Shown: positions 23,806 through 24,000 of the stretch, piece by piece
Layout of the letters: each line of letters begins with the position of its first letter
Position numbering within the stretch: position 1 is the stretch's first letter
Assembly (NCBI GenBank): GCA_015686845.1
Contig: JADPRS010000006.1
Coordinates: 66,327-90,326, forward strand
DNA length: 24,000 nt
From: Lutibacter sp. B2
GTDB taxonomy: Bacteria; Bacillota; Clostridia; Peptostreptococcales; Thermotaleaceae
Direction of reading: 5' to 3'
Notes under the pieces: model-generated
Databases searched by the model: none
The model's input: the letters and a program-made list of their open reading frames with translations, nothing else
Told to the model about the DNA's origin: nothing
Translations under genes and position numbers: made by a program

Positions 23806-24000
23806 ATGGATAAAGTAAAAGTTCTAATTGCAGATGACAATAAAGATTTTTGTGACATTTTATGTGAATATTTAAGTAAACAAGAGGATTTGGATATAAT
23901 TGGTATTGCGAAGGATGGTTTAGAGGCACTTGATTTAGTAGCGGAAAAAATACCAGATGTACTAGTTTTAGATATAATAATGCCACATCTTGATGGACTT
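23806..24000 (+). CDS. spo0A: Sporulation master regulator Spo0A, N-terminal receiver domain; 3' end outside the window
   Basis: It reads MDKVKVLIADDNKDFCDILCEYLSKQEDLDIIGIAKDGLEALDLV..PDVLVLDIIMPHLDGL, which is typical of the Spo0A receiver domain. The SD is gggggga. spoIVB lies upstream, as in other spore formers. Confidence 0.93.
   Translation, partial: MDKVKVLIADDNKDFCDILCEYLSKQEDLDIIGIAKDGLEALDLVAEKIPDVLVLDIIMPHLDGL

Noticed and set aside
699-23986. All other minus-strand track ORFs: 699-902, 7076-7441, 7459-7662, 7683-7919, 7949-8179, 8835-9017, 9014-9247, 10528-10740, 11533-11736, 11697-11897, 14020-14265, 16753-16992, 18742-18960, 19391-19750, 19873-20235, 20239-20463, 21430-21630, 22516-22830, 23210-23503 and 23804-23986
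   Set aside because: Each lies antisense to a confidently identified + strand gene. They encode low-complexity Ile/Phe/Leu/Ser-rich sequences typical of AT-rich antisense frames. They lack SD sequences and recognisable domains.
1-24000. A search for CRISPR arrays, IS or transposase genes, integrases, prophage genes, toxin-antitoxin pairs or defence islands
   Set aside because: None was seen. Every sizeable ORF is accounted for by conserved housekeeping or sporulation genes. The only repeat found is the 15-mer at 11191-11224.

Overview
The window is an AT-rich chromosomal segment, roughly 25% G+C in the coding lines I counted, from an endospore-forming low-GC Firmicute that looks Clostridia-like. 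Every credible gene is on the + strand, and I saw no mobile elements, CRISPR arrays, tRNAs or rRNAs. The gene order is as follows. (1) The tail of an unknown protein, then two type IV pilin-like genes. (2) An M24 Xaa-Pro peptidase, efp, and an acidic zinc-ribbon protein. (3) A complete spoIIIAA-AH operon. (4) asp23, amaP and a DUF2273 gene. (5) nusB, a Kae1/TsaD-like gene, folD, xseA, xseB, ispA and a DUF212 (divergent PAP2) gene. (6) About 570 nt of G+C-rich non-coding sequence, followed by a small membrane protein. (7) dxs, tlyA, argR, recN, spoIVB and the start of spo0A. The standout is the 630-nt gap at 15864-16501. It has no credible ORF and is locally 50-62% G+C. It is dense in hairpins and in possible long-range pairings. 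It sits exactly where OLE (ornate, large, extremophilic) RNA is found, between ispA and the membrane-protein gene oapA that precedes dxs. I call it an OLE RNA plus oapA locus. OLE is a known RNA class (Breaker lab, 2006) whose biochemical function is still unresolved, so this is not a new class. A near-consensus sigma-A promoter lies directly upstream of it. A GNRA-capped hairpin with a U-tract lies near its 3' end. All identifications come from reading the sequence, from motif recognition and from synteny. No searches were run.
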